Positions 1 through 13,355 of a stretch of DNA of 64,000 bases are shown here, one piece after another. This stretch comes from Leucoraja erinacea (lineage: Eukaryota). The notes beneath the pieces are model-generated. The model made no database searches. It saw only the letters and a program-made list of their open reading frames with translations, and was not told the origin of the DNA. The translations under genes and the position numbers were made by a program. The stretch is from the NCBI RefSeq assembly GCF_028641065.1, contig NC_073405.1:14756001-14820000 (forward strand), read 5' to 3'. Numbering within the stretch: position 1 is the first letter of the stretch; every line of letters begins with the position of its first letter.

Positions 1-787
1 TCTCCATATTCCTATCATCCAGCACTCTCTCCAATTTTATCGCATTCACAATCTAGGACAATTTACAGTAACCAATTAACCTGCCAACTTCATATTTTTG
101 GAATCTCATTCTCACTAATGTCTTCACAAAATTGGAGAGGGGGAGACCATTTAGTGTTGAGGAAAGAAACCACTGGTATGGTTAGACTAAAGATACATCT
201 GTTGATTTGTACTAGTATTCCAAGTTGTATAGTTCAGAACTGCAGAAAATATGTAGAATAAGTACCATTGTTTCTTGTATCTTCCCAAACAAATTAACTT
301 AACTAGCCGATTAATCACAGTGGTACTTTGCAAAAGAAAATACAATTATTTGAAATTGTATTGAGGTCTTATAATGAGACAAAATACGAGAAAATTTTGT
401 GCACAAATATGTTAACATGGGCTTCTAAGAAACAAATGAAAAGCAAAGTTGAAACTAATAAACCATAAATAGTACATTGTATTAAGGAGAAGTTTTAAGA
501 ACTAAAATTACATCTTTTGAATTTAATTTTAAGTCTAAACAACTAGTATGTATCCGAGTCCCAATTCCGGTATTTGATTTTAGTTAATAAGGAAATGCTA
601 ATTTTCAGCTATGGTCCTATCATTTTGATCATGCGTATACGTGAGAAAGTCATATGCTGACAGTACTTTTTATGCTCCCTCAGTTTTCCAATCTCCCAGT
701 GGGTAGGGGATTACACTAACTCCTCATGTATATTTGTTATATATGTTACAATTAAACCATGTGCTATTTATTCCATTAATCCCATAG

Positions 788-1217
788 AAAAAGAGAATGT
801 AGCTGAGAATTCGGGGGAGGCTTGTAGTTCAGTTCCTACAGAGGAGAAGCCCCCTGAAGACCCTCGGGTATTGATGCAATATATGATTGATGTGGATGCT
901 TGCGGTATGGAAAAGGAAGATGGAACCTTGCTTCCAGTGGAGGACAAAATTACGTTGGACGAGGGTAGTGACCTGGATGGACCCAAGATGGAGACCGAAT
1001 GTGGACAGCCCAATGATGTTGAGAAGATGGACATGATTGAAAGTAAAGCGGAATGCTACCACCATGAAGCAGACGAGGGAGAGACTACGAAAACAGGAGT
1101 GGAGCCACTGCCAAGACCCGAGGAATATAAAACCAGTCCAAGGAGACCAGAAGATGAAGGTTCTGACAAAGCTGAAAAGAAAGAACCTTCGGTTGTAGAG
1201 GGCAGTGATCAGAAGAG
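788..1217 (+). CDS. SAFB: SAFB-like gene, large acidic exon upstream of the RRM (gene begins before the window)
   Basis: cccatag acceptor; open frame KENVAENSGE...KKEPSVVEGSDQK; AG|GTTTGT donor; phase 2 matches the next exon. Confidence 0.8.
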
Positions 1218-1699
1218 GTTTGTTGTTTCTTAGTTCAAGATCAGATATTCAATCATGCTAAGATGATTCCAGTAAACTTGTCTTGTGAATTGGCAAACCC
1301 ACTGCTGGTAATTTTTGAACAGATTTTATTTTAATTTTAAAAGCTCTTGCTAATCTCATCCCTGTATCATTGGAGGCTGCATTTGTTTATTCTTTCCACT
1401 TTCCTCCATCCTGCAGAGTTTGCAAGTAGGGATTTGCTCTCTGTGTTCTTCGCTGGTGGTATCAAAGTGTAATTGAGGCAATTCTTGTACAGATCTATTT
1501 GTAGCTGGGTCCAAAACATCTTTGATGTTCATCTCTGCAAACATAATTATAAGTGTTCACAGTGACATGCAGCTAATGATAGCTGTAATTCTTGGGTAGG
1601 TATTGGAGAATTGATCTAGTTGGAAGTGATAATGTTTTCTTTTAAGAACATTTAAATCAATTTATGAAAGTCTCATGAAATGCACCTTTGTGTCCTTAG

Positions 1700-1743
1700 C
1701 TCTGACGATGGAAAAAATATTAAGGATGTGGCAGGTGTAAAAG
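1700..1743 (+). CDS. SAFB: SAFB-like small exon (SSDDGKNIKDVAGVK)
   Basis: tgtccttag acceptor, AAG|GTAAGT donor, phases 2 to 1 consistent with neighbours. Confidence 0.8.
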
Positions 1744-2562
1744 GTAAGTCATGTACTGTAGATTTAGTTCATCCTTTACTTTTTGGATTTGTGGGAAAAT
1801 AAAGGAAATGGTGAAAATGTTGCATGTTTTAGAAATTACAGTTTAGTGTTGTTGTAATCAGCTACTGATGCAAATCAAAATAATACAATCACATCAGCAT
1901 TTTGGCTCAACAAGATGCGTGGAGGATGTTTCCCTGGCTCGGGAGCCTAGAGCTTGGAGTCTGTTTCCAAACAGGCCAGTCCATCTACAACTCACATGAC
2001 GAGAAGTGCCTCAAACTCAAACATTGATCCAAATAAAGGACAGAACATAGGACAGGCCCTTCGGCCAACCATGTCTGTGCCGGCCTATCTAACTAACCCC
2101 ATCTATTATACATTTACATTATTCATGATCTTTCGCATCACTACATTTATGTAGTAACAACAGAATCAATCGTCAGCATCAGTGAGAAGAAACTCTTAAC
2201 GTTTCAAGCCAGTTATCATGAGAACATCCCTTTAACTTCATTATTATAAACTCTGCGATTCGAACAGTGAACTCCTCTGCCTCTATGCCGACTAATAAAA
2301 TACTTAAAACCTTTGACTAAGCAGGTAGTGTTTTTTTTGGGTGAGGCGGTTGCATCATTGCTTCCATTTTTCACAATTCTGAGCCTGGGCGCTAAGGGAG
2401 TGAGGCTTTACATTTTGAAAATCATTTATAATCTTAGATTGTTTTCTTGCATTGTCAATATAAAATTCCATGCCCACAGAAGTTGTGGAAGTTAAAGGGA
2501 CCAGGCTACCCCTTGTGCCATATTAACCATGCAAATATGATTACACAAATGAAGTGAAGGTA

Positions 2563-4023
2563 CAGTAAACCCTCGTTTTAACCGTCCCTTTATAACGGAT
2601 TTTGGTTATAGCAGACGATCCTGCTGAAGCCACCTTGGCTTGCAAGATGCACCAGTGACCCTTTCTTCATCCACTGCATGGTCCAATTAGATTAGATTGG
2701 ATTAGATTAGATTCCTTTATTTGTCATTCAGACATTTTGGTCTGTACGAAATTTCGTTGCCTGCAGTCATACATATAATAATAATAAAAGAGCCACTGTC
2801 GTGCCGCTGCCGATCGGAACGCCTGTTGATGTTTAGTAGAGAGTAGAGTGTTTAATTTGTTCATGATGATATATGTATTTTTATTTCTATTTATTTTTTA
2901 CTGCACACTGAGTGAACACTGGTTGAGCAACATATTTTTGTTTTCTCTGGGTATGTGAGTACTCGGGAAAATGATAATAAAGATATACTTGATACTTGAT
3001 AAATAACAAAACACACAATAAACACAAATTAACATCCACCACAGTGAGTTCACCAGGCACCTCCTCACTGTGATGGAGGCAAAAGTCTTAAAGTCTCTGT
3101 CTCTTCCCTCCTTGTTCTCCCTCTGCGCTGAGGCGATCCAGGCCTCCGATGTTGTTACACCACAGGGCGATGGTAAGTCAGTCCCGCGGCTCACCCGAGC
3201 ACCGCGAACGGGCCGGTTCAAGCTCCGCGGCCCGGGGTGGTCAAAGCTGCTGAAGATGTGACTGTTGTGGCTCGCGTTGTAGCCCCTGGGAACAATATTT
3301 TCTTCAGGCCACCGACGACACGCTCAGTCACCATGAGCCCACCTCCCCTCTCACCAGCTACTGCTTCGTTCAGCCTTATTTCCACCTCAACCTTCCACTG
3401 CTGTCGTCTCCTCCTCCTGTCGCTCTGTCCATTCGGCCTCTTTCCCCCCCCCCATTACCACTACTGCCTCCTTCTCCCCCAAAGTTCCTGACATACTCCA
3501 CCTTGGAAGATGTCGGCAACTGCAGGGGAGAAGAAAGAGGAAGTGGCGGGGGAGCAGACAAAGCGATGGGTGAGAGGAGAGGGAGCCTAACGGTCACCAA
3601 GCGTGTCCTGTCGGTGGCAGCGGCCTGACGAAAGCGCTGCTGGCCAGGGTCTACAACTTGAGCCGCAACAACAGCCATGTCAACCGGTAATGAAAAGCTT
3701 GCAGGCCAACGGCAGCGGTACCTTATTTTAAGGTGAAACGAAACAATGTGCTGGAGTAGCTCAGCAAACTGAATCAGTCTGAAGAAGGGTCCCAGCATCA
3801 TCTATTAACGTTTCCCCAGCGATGCTGCCTGACATGTGGAGTTACTCTAGCACTAGTGTTATTTCACCTTAAAAGTACACCTTTTGTGTATTAAGCACCA
3901 TCTGCATTTCTTTGTTTCAACTACACGCAATGATAATATCTTACTCTGTTATAGCCGACAATTGGTAATATTGACAACAACCACCCCCCCCCACCTAAAG
4001 GCTGTTACAATGAAGGTTTACTG
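2563..4023. mobile_element. Tigger/pogo-like non-autonomous DNA transposon containing nested LINE tails
   Basis: Imperfect terminal inverted repeats CAGTAAACCCTCGTTTTAAC and GTTACAATGAAGGTTTACTG; TA at the left flank; internal insertions at about 2690-3250 and 3720-3920. Confidence 0.65.
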
Positions 4024-4117
4024 TGTTTCTGAATAAATAATTTTCTCCAGTTATCTGTGTCTAGTCTTTACTGTGATTAATGATTACTCTAATTAATGAG
4101 ACCAATTTACAATTCAG

Positions 4118-4233
4118 GTGAACCTGGTTCCAGTAGATCCTCGGATGCTACAGGCACGAACCTTTGGGTGAGTGGTCTGTCCTCCACTACCAGGGCATCC
4201 GACTTGAAGAATCTCTTCAGTAAATATGGCAAG
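4118..4233 (+). CDS. SAFB: SAFB-like RRM exon 1 ([27 protein letters not shown])
   Basis: Near-identical to the N-terminal half of the SAFB RRM ([23 protein letters not shown]); ttcag acceptor and AAG|GTAAGA donor. Confidence 0.96.
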
Positions 4234-4508
4234 GTAAGAGCGGAGAATTATTTTTTACATCATTAGAATTGACGAAGTTGATGGGAAAGGGGCTTGTAGC
4301 AATATCTCACATTTTCAGGAAGTTCCAAAATGATTTACAGTGAATGGATTGATATCATTGTATGTAGTTCTTCTTATCCTATAGGCTAGGTAGAAACTTT
4401 GACACTGCTGCTTGTTTACAACAAATGTGCCTAAATATTGAAAATGTTGCATGTGAATATTCTATGAAAACAAGTACAATTTAACATCAATAAATGGAAT
4501 GTATACAG

Positions 4509-4658
4509 GTGATTTGTGCAAAAGTCGTAACAGATGCTCGTAATCCTGGTGCACGCTGCTATGGATTCATAACCATGTTGGTACCCGAGAATGCAACAGA
4601 ATGCATCTCATCCTTGAATCAGTCTGAACTAAATGGACAAACTATCACTGTCGAAATG
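4509..4658 (+). CDS. SAFB: SAFB-like RRM exon 2 ([23 protein letters not shown]...GQTITVEM)
   Basis: Matches [24 protein letters not shown] with RNP1; 150 nt, phase 0/0; ATG|GTGAGT donor. Confidence 0.96.
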
Positions 4659-5716
4659 GTGAGTAGTTAATTTATCAACTACTTATATGACATTTTTACT
4701 AAAATGCTTCATGCATCAATTTGATTCTGAAGAAAATGAGTGGACAAAAAAAGTCTGAGAATTTATACATTGGCATTAGGCTAGGTAATGGCATACATGA
4801 TTCTCTATTCCCATAGCTTAATTTTCTGTGCTTAATGTTACATGCTTCTATTATTGCAGTTATAGCCTCTGGACTCAAGTTCCGCATACATTTGGTGATA
4901 TTTACTTTGCAGCTTCTGCACTGTTCTTCAGTTCCAGTTTGCTTGCTGAGAGGCATCTAGTGGGTCTTATGCCAATAGCTGCAAGAGACTAAATTATTTA
5001 ATTAGCCCATTAGAGGGTCACTAGAGCTAATTTTATTTAGTAAGGAAGGGAAATGCTTCTCTTCTCAGCATGCGGAAGGATATTGAGAACTGTAAATCTT
5101 GGACAACTGGCCCTTCTCAGTAGGAGATTGTCTAATTAATGGGTCGTCCATGTCAGTGGTCAATTGTTGTGGAAAATTCAAGGAATAGGCTTGAAATAAA
5201 TACTTGTATTGAGGATACTCATTAATTTGATGAGAGATTTTGTCAGTAGTAATCGGCGCATTATGACTCTTTTCCGATCATTTTCATTTCAATTTGTGGT
5301 CTTACATTTTTTTTCAATAAACTTAGAATTCATCATCAGAAATAATCATTAAGAATCTCAACAGATTACATCTAATTATAATGCACAAGAGTACAATGAG
5401 GTTCAATGATTTATTTGTGGTTCATTATAAAGATTAGGAATTTGGTTATTTCAACTTTCTTAAGAAAGGGTAATAATGGAAGCCATATCCATTAGGTTTT
5501 GTCCAGATGACAGTTGAACCTCACAGGAATGAGTGAATATCTGAGGATTTTAGGAATATTAATAGAGAAAGTGTAAATGGGGCTCATGTAATGTATGGAA
5601 TTTGGGATTTTCTTCCCCTGATTATTGGATCATTCAAGGAGTAGGTAATGAATGTGATATGGATGAAGAACTCATTACAATACCACTTTAAAGTCTTAAT
5701 ATGTTGATATCCTTAG

Positions 5717-5835
5717 GCTAAAAGCGAACCTAGCTGTAAGAAGCGTACAGAGCAGAAAGGAGAAAATGTCGACGCGCTCTCCAAAATAAATATCAGCCAA
5801 AAAAGTGGGAATGATGGAGATTACTCCAGAGATAA
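5717..5835 (+). CDS. SAFB: SAFB-like exon (AKSEPSCKKRTEQKGE...)
   Basis: AKSEP corresponds to SAFB AKNEP directly after the RRM; ccttag acceptor and AA|GTAAGT donor. Confidence 0.88.
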
Positions 5836-6465
5836 GTAAGTAGCTGTGATCAATATCTCTTTGGTGTCAGTCAAACATCTTCTGTTGCAGACATTTCAAT
5901 GCTATTAGTTAGGCACATTTATTATCCTTGATCAAGTAGTGCAGCAACCCCAGAGTTGAATAGAGGCAATTTTCCTGTAAATTCTTTGCTCAGTCTGGCT
6001 GGAGGAGAGCCCTCCTTTGCTCACATGCCCTGCCTTTTCTTATGTCTTTGTGCAAATCCTGGGTTGCTTCTGTTCGTCAGTTATTAAGGTCTCCTCTCTC
6101 ATTAGTTGCTAATTCCTGCAATACCACTCCTAAATCTGAGGTCATTCTCTATTTTTCCCATCTTGATTTGACTAAAAGGCATTGACATAAATGTAAAATC
6201 ATCCTGCATATAAATACGCCATTCGATAGCCATGTCTATGCCAATCATAATGCCTATCTATACTAATGACATTTGCCTGCATTAATTCCATATCACTTTT
6301 TGTCGTGTTCATTCAAGTAACTATCTAGACTATAGATGCCTGTATGAAATGTAGTTACTGTTCCTGCCTCCACCAACAATTTTGGCAGCTCATTCCACAT
6401 ACAAAGTACTTGTGAAAAATCTGCTCCAGATCTATGTAAACCTCTCATCTTAAACCTATTTATCA

Positions 6466-6990
6466 TAGAAACATAGAAAATAGGTGCAGGAGGAGGCCAT
6501 TCGGCCCTTTGAGCCAGCACCGCCATTCATTGTGATCATGGCTGATCGTCCCCAATCAATAACCCGTGCCTGCCTTCTCCCCATATCCCTTGATTCCACT
6601 AGCCCCTAGAGCTCTATCTAACTCTCGCTTAAATCCATCCAGTGATTTGGTCTCCACTGCCCTCTGTGGCAGGGAATTCCACAAATTCATGGCTCTGGGT
6701 GAAAACGTTTTTTTTCACCTCAGTCTTAAATGGCCTCCCCTTTATTCTAAGACTGTGGCCCCTGGTTCTGGACTCACCCAACACTGGGAAAAGTTTTCCT
6801 GCATCTAGTTTATCCAGTCCTTTTATAATTTTATATGTTTCTATAAGATTATCCTTCTAAACTCCAGTGAATACAAGCATAGTCTTTTCAATCTTTCCTT
6901 GTATGACAGTCCTGCCATCCCAGGGATCAATCTTGTGAACCTACGCTGCACTGCCTCAATCACAAGGATGTCCTCAAATTAGGAGACTCT
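6466..6990 (-). mobile_element. CR1/HER1-type LINE 3' fragment
   Basis: Same 3' tail (catagaaaataggtgcagg...) as copies at 39300 and 57055; RT C-terminal-like remnants on the minus strand. Confidence 0.8.
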
Positions 6991-7559
6991 TTTTTAGGAG
7001 ACTTTTCTTTTAGCATTAGACATCCTTACCTTGGGAAAAAGACACTGGCTATCTTCCCTATCTCAGCATCATCATTTTATATACATCTATCGTGTCTTCC
7101 TTTGCACCAGGGGGAAAAAAAAGACACAGCCTATCCAAACTCTCCATGTAATTCAAGGCCTTCAATCCAGGCAACATAATATAATGGTGAACATTGAATT
7201 CTCCTATTTCGGGTGACCTGTTATACCCCTTTGTTCCATTGTATCTCCTTCTGATCTATCCAGGCACTCTCACACTAGCCCTTCTTTCTGACCCCCTCAC
7301 TATACCTCTGTCAATTGGGTTATTTCCCCTATCCGAATAGACCAGCCCCCACACACTCCCCTCCTCCACAATTTCTGTCTGCCCACTTTCCTTACCTTAC
7401 TTGGTTTCACTCTTTCTTATCAGATTCCAAAACTTGCAGCTGTTTTTATCTCCCAATTTCTGTCCATCTCTACCCTTCCCTCCCCCAATTTCATCTGCTA
7501 CTCAACCACTCCACCTGGATCCACCTATTGCTTGTCAGCTTTTATCTTTCAACCCTCGT

Positions 7560-8450
7560 ACTTTAAAGCTATGCCACTAGTCTTTGACATTTTCATCCTG
7601 AGAAACAGGATCTGTCTGTCTACCCTATCGACGCTTCTATTAATTTTATATATGGCTGTCAGGTCTTCCCTCAGCCTCCGGCACTCCAGCATAAAACAAT
7701 CCAGTTTTGTCAAGCTTCTCGCTAATATCCTCTAACCCAGGCATTATTCTGGTGTACCACTTTGGCACTTTCTCCAAAACCTTCACTTTCTTCCTGCGAT
7801 CAGAACTGCACACAATACTCCAAATGTGGCCACCCCATTTTATAAAGCTGGAATACCATTTTCTGACTGTTATGCTCAATGCCCAACTGATGAAACCAAG
7901 CATACCATAGCCTTCCTTAACACTTTCTCTACGTGTCACCACTATCAGGGAGCTATGGAACCAAAGGTTCCCCTGTGCACCGATGCTGTTAAGGTTCGTG
8001 CCATTAACTGTACACTACTCACATTCAACCTATCTCACACTTGCTCAGATTAAACTCCATCTGCCGTTTTTCTACCCGTTTCTGCAATTGTTCCATATCC
8101 TGCTGCATCTCTTGACAGCCGTCCTCACTCCTACATTTCCACCAATCACCTGGAAACTTACTAACCAGCCCTTCTGAACTTATGTACAAATCGTCCATCG
8201 CAAAAGGCAGCAGTCCCTGCATAAATCCCTGCATAAAACCCTGCATAAATCCTTGTGAATCACCACTGGTCACAGAACTCCAGCTATCACGTCCCTCTGT
8301 CTTCTACGGGTAAGCCAGTTCTGATCCAAACTACCAAGTCGCTTTGGATCCGATGCATGTTAATCAACTGGATTGGCCTATTGTGAGAGACTTTATCAAA
8401 TGCCCTTAATAAAATTTATGTAGATAACATCCACGCCCCTACTCTCATCA
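7560..8450 (-). mobile_element. Degenerate CR1-type LINE RT fragment
   Basis: Minus-strand remnants resembling the CR1 RT C-terminus (QMEFNLSKCE, KVLEKVPKWYTRIMPGLE). Confidence 0.7.
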
Positions 8451-9716
8451 ACCGCTGACTGCATACAATACTCAGGTTTGGCTGAAGGAGTTTTTGCTCA
8501 ACTGTAACTTGAAATCAAAACTTGTATTCAGTGCCTAAGCTGATAAAGGCAAGCATGCCAAGTACCCTCTTTGCCAACATTTCTGCTTGTGTTGCCAATA
8601 TCGGGGTACTTGTACCCCTTAGTGTCTATTCAACCACACTCCCCCGGGCCCTGTCATTTACTGCAAATGTTCTATCTTAATTTAACTTTCCAAAATGCAC
8701 CCGTGCACTTGGTTTAAATGTCATCTGATATTTCTTTGCCCATTTTCCTAGTTGGTTTGTATCCGATTGTAACCTTTGACAACCATCTTTGCTAAAGGTG
8801 CACTAGTTATCATTCATTACCTCACCTACAGCAAATGTGGCTGCTTTATATTTCATTGGATGTAGCTGTTCTAGTTTCATGAAGTGTGTTATGCAGTAAC
8901 CATTTCAACCATGTCAGGTCAATGTAATTGTATGCAGCATTGGCCAGCATTCTTGGCCACTGCACCTTTAAATATAACTGCACAATTTATGCAGCTTTGG
9001 CAAAGTGGGATGTTTTATTGGCCAGTGCACCCTTTATTACAATACAAATAAATCAGCAAGCTATTTGTCTTTGTGCTGTTAGTGACCTGATTTGTAGTTA
9101 TTTGACTGTTAACTTCAAGACCTGACATAATTTAAGTGGCTGATAGGACCTGTCTAATCTCACACATTTAGTGAAGATATCAGCACATGTATGAGGAAGT
9201 AGAACTGTATCGTGGAATCATTTTGAGATGGCAAGAATAGATGACTAACTCTAACTGAATACTTTGAAGAGGACAGTGTGATTGATCTGGTTGATGTGGA
9301 CTTCAGTAAACCCTTTGACAGGATCCCACATCAAAAGTTGGTCCAAAAACCTGGAGACCAGGGGACCTAAGACAAGTTGGCAAATTGAAGTTGCAAATGC
9401 CTTGGTAATAGAGAGCAGGGTGATACTGGAGGGTTGTTTTTGATTGGTAGACTGACTCACAGGCTACCTTAGAGATTAGTGCTGGTTCACTTCTGGTTTG
9501 TTATACATAGAGCTGCACAGTACAGAGATAGGCCCTTGGTCTGACTCCTGCAGGTCTACAAGTTGCCTAACTTGACTGTGATTAAATAAAGGTCACTTCT
9601 ATCCTGCTGTGAAATAGTAAATAAGCACATACTGCACATGAAATACTGTAGTCAAGAATGAAGAGTATATCTGTGAAATTAGTGAGGCTTGATCTAATAA
9701 TTTGAGTATATTTCAG

Positions 9717-9832
9717 GTCATCGGTCACTGGAAAAGGTGGGAACAGAAAGGACAATGAAGGAGGCGCCAGAAAAATGTTTGGGAGAAAAGGCAGAAGACG
9801 GGCAAAGGATGTTGTGCACACACCATACTCAA
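9717..9832 (+). CDS. SAFB: SAFB-like basic exon (SSVTGKGGNRKDNEGGARK...)
   Basis: tttcag acceptor, CAA|GTAAGG donor, open frame in the correct phase (2 to 1). Confidence 0.7.
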
Positions 9833-10034
9833 GTAAGGAAACCCGAGAGAAAAGTATATGAGCAGTGATGGCTGAGTTGGCATTTTATGTTGCAATGAAA
9901 CTTCATTATTGATTGAAGACCCCAATTTGCTTCCAGTAAAAGACATAACTGAAATACAAGAACAAGGCGTGTAGACCCTCGGGTTTGTTTGACATTTAGT
10001 TACCTTGTTAGTAATGCGTGCCTCAGTATAAATC

Positions 10035-10310
10035 AGGACAGCAGCTGGTAGAGCTGCTGCCTCAGTACCAGAGACCATCCTGGCCTCCAGTGCTTTCTGT
10101 GCGAAGTTTGCACATTCTCTCTGTGACTGCATGTTTCTTCCGAGTGTTTCGGTTTCTTCCCACATCCCAAAGACGTGTGGTTTTGTAGGTTATAAATTGC
10201 TGTTATAACTTGCTCCGATTGTGTAGGGAGTGGATGCAAATGTGGCATAACAAACAATTAGTGTAATCAATGGACGGAGTGGACTTGGTGGGCCGAAGGG
10301 CCTGCTTCAA
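10035..10310 (+). mobile_element. tRNA-derived SINE (HE1/V-SINE-like)
   Basis: ggtagagctgctgcctca head, gaagtttgcacattctc central domain, gggccgaagggcctg CR1-like tail; many copies in the window. Confidence 0.75.
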
Positions 10311-10970
10311 GGTTAGTTTATTGTCGCATGTACCAATTAAGGTACAGTGAAATTCGAATTGCCATACAGCCATACTAAAAACAAAAGCAACAAGACACAC
10401 AACTACATAAAAGTTAACATAAACACCCCCCACAGTGGATTCCCCACGTTCCTCACTGTGATGGAAGGCAATAATGTTCCAAACTTCTTCCTCTTTATTC
10501 TCCCGTGGTCGGGCCAATCGAATCTCCCGCGTCCGGGCGATCGGAGCTCCCGTGTCGGGGTGGTCGAAGCTCCTGCAGCTTGGTGTTCCTGCAGTTGGTC
10601 TCTGACCAGAGACCGAGAGCTCCGTGATGGTAAGACCGCAGGCTCCCGTGGTAGAGCTCAGTGGTCGATCCCTGACAAACGGATCGCGGGCACCGTGATG
10701 TTAAGTCCGCAGGCACCTGCATTGGAGCTCTCGAAGTCAGTCTCCAGCAAAGGCCACCAACTCCTCGATGTTAGGCCGCATTGCAGACGGAGATACGATA
10801 CAGAAAAAAATCGCATCTCTGTCGAGGTAAGAGGTTAGAAAAAGTTTCCCCCAACTCCCGCCACCCCCCACATAAAACAAGCTAAAGAACACTAATAACA
10901 TACATTTAACACATACAAACAACAATAAAAGAAGGAAGGGACAGGCAGACTGTTGGCAAGGCAGCCATTG
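10311..10970 (-). mobile_element. Rex/L2-tailed non-autonomous retroelement with GC-rich body
   Basis: Shares tail and body with copies at 2990-3250 and 34830-35620. Confidence 0.6.
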
Positions 10971-12172
10971 CAAGTTTTATCTCTAAATTCAATTTTCCAT
11001 CATATACTCAATACCTTTGTATACAGTAAAAATTGGTGGAGATTTTCAAATGATTCCTGGTATCCACTCATTATTCTGTTTGAGAAAATGCTTCTTGTTT
11101 TCAGTGTTAAACGGTCTTTCTCTTATTTTAATTTTTGCATTTTGGTTTTGTAGTCTTCCAAAAGGAGAACTTGTATTATTTATGCATTGATTAAAACAAA
11201 AAATCAGTCATTTTCAATATTGATTAGATTGAGATAAAGACCACCACTATGTAACGTGGCCTTATTTAACGCCAAGCACTAGCAATGTCTAATATATTAT
11301 TTCTATTGCTTGATGCTTCAGTGTAATTAGTTCTCTCTCAAATTGAGTAACTACAAGTGCAAAAAGAGGGGGATAAAAGCAGCAGATTTGTTTTTTTTTA
11401 GTTTAGTAGTTTTTTCATCCCAATCTTTTCTCTTCAGTAGACCTTTTCATTCTTAGACACTATTGCTATTAAAATTGATAATTGTGTTTAAGACAATTAA
11501 ATAATGCGGAGCCCATTATTTATCCTTATCTCTCTTGAGAATGTATTGCTGAGATACTTATTGAACCATAGCAGACACTGAGGCAAAGAGCTGCTTGGTA
11601 GGGTATTACAGTGACAGGGATGGAATGGTGATATAAAGTAATTGTGCCCATATTCTGGCCAAGGCTGAATGAAAGAAGATTTAGTGCAACTTAATTTTGA
11701 ACTACATTTCTCTATAAACAAAGCCATGTGTATTTAATTCTCCTTTTTATTCATTTTAATTAAGGGTGTGTGTACCAACACCCCACTTAGCATCTTACTC
11801 TATTTAGTTCAAGCCTCCGTTATCCTTCCAAGTCAAAGTACATTACTTGACACTTACATGTGTTTCTACCTTTTATTTCCCTGTCTCTTGATGTATAATT
11901 TGGTCTGTATCAACTTCATGCAGTCAAATATTATCAATAAGTGCAGTTATGCCAAAGTCTATCCCTATCCTCAGATTTCAGCGGTAATAACAAATACGTG
12001 TTTTTAATGTGAGGTTATATTAATTTAAAGCTCTTTGAGTTTTGACTGCAACCCTTAAAGGTAAAAGGAATGTTATGCAATATTCTGACAAATTATGTGT
12101 TTCATATTTTCTGTATAGTAAGAACATCTGTGAAGGTTTTGATTGACATCTCAACTTTTCATTTTTCTCTAG

Positions 12173-12201
12173 GAATTCAAGCTCCAGAGAGAAGGAGATG
12201 G
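12173..12201 (+). CDS. SAFB: SAFB-like micro-exon (RIQAPERRRW)
   Basis: Strong pyrimidine tract ttttcatttttctctag; TGG|GTAGGT donor; bridges phase 1 to phase 0. Confidence 0.6.
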
Positions 12202-13221
12202 GTAGGTCTCTGAGCATGAGAATTCCCTGTCTTCAGTTGCTGCAGCTAAACTCAAAGCATTATGGTTTGAAGGGAGTAAACTGTACATTAGTATGAGGAT
12301 CATATTGAGGCAATTTCTGGAATTGAAATGTGAATTGTTAACATGGGATGTTTCCAATTAACTAACTTGTAGAAAGGAATCATCAAACTTTGGGACCAAC
12401 AATGTTCGTGCTGTCATAGCTATAACTGACTTTGAGTAAACTGTCCTGTGCCTGTCATTTAAAAGGTGGCAGTGGTGCTAGTCATTCATGATTTTCGCAC
12501 CCTGAGATACAATAGCACTTTGTTCACTCAGTAATCATGCAATTGAGAAGACAGTGTGACTTTACTGTTGGAAGCTGAAGGCCAGCATTAATTGTTTTTT
12601 GATATTATCCCCATGGTATTCAGAGGTTGATATAGCCTTTTGTGGAAGATAGAATGGAGGGTTACCAGAAGGAATTGGTTAGAACAGAGATGACTGCTGT
12701 GGTGTCTACCTGTGTTCAGTGAGTTGTGGAGAGAGACAGCTTGGAAGCATGCCCTTTGGTCCACTGAGTCTGTGCTGACAATCAAGCATCCATTTTTACT
12801 CTAATCTTACCCAAATCTTTCTTATTCTTCCCGTTCTGCTAAGAATTACTGTGGTCTGAAGTAGCTGGAGGTGATTTATTCCATTGGTTCTTTTCTACAT
12901 TTCTTTCTCCTAATATTTATTTTTGCTTTGTTGATTTGTTCATGAGGCGTGAGCTTTCTTCATCACAATATTACAGCTGATCAGGGTATTGCCTTAAATA
13001 TTCTTGTACTATGGTTGGCTTGAAATACATAAAGTCCAATATTTCATAGGATTGTAAAGCTAGTGAAGTGGTGTGTATAACATGTTGTCCATTAGCCATG
13101 ATCCAGATGATGTACACTATGTTAATGTGCCAACCAAAGCAAACTGTGTGGCAATTCTAGTTTGTTTTCTGATGCCTTTGACTGGATCTAATACTTTTTT
13201 TTGGGGTGGGGGATTAAACAG

Positions 13222-13355
13222 ACAGGGTCCAGAAATCGTCAAAGAAGATCTCGCAGCAGAGATAGAGGAAGAGATGTTATGTCCTTTCAAGAGCTTATAG
13301 AAAGGAGAGAAAGGGATCGGCATCGGAGCAGACGTAAAGAATTTGAGAGGTACAG
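13222..13355 (+). CDS. SAFB: SAFB-like exon (TGSRNRQRRSRSRDRGRDVMSFQELIERRERDR...)
   Basis: Corresponds to the SAFB-family VVSFDKVKE region; aaacag acceptor; AG|GTGGGT donor (alternative donor after 13349). Confidence 0.8.

Noticed and set aside
8215-8252. Three copies of a 12-bp repeat (MQGF x3) as a CRISPR or coding repeat
   Set aside because: Local slippage inside a dead CR1 element; no spacers; eukaryotic context
11154-11200. Strong acceptor followed by PKGELVL, faintly like SAFB SKGEPVI
   Set aside because: Wrong phase, in-frame stops and no good donor; at most an exon vestige
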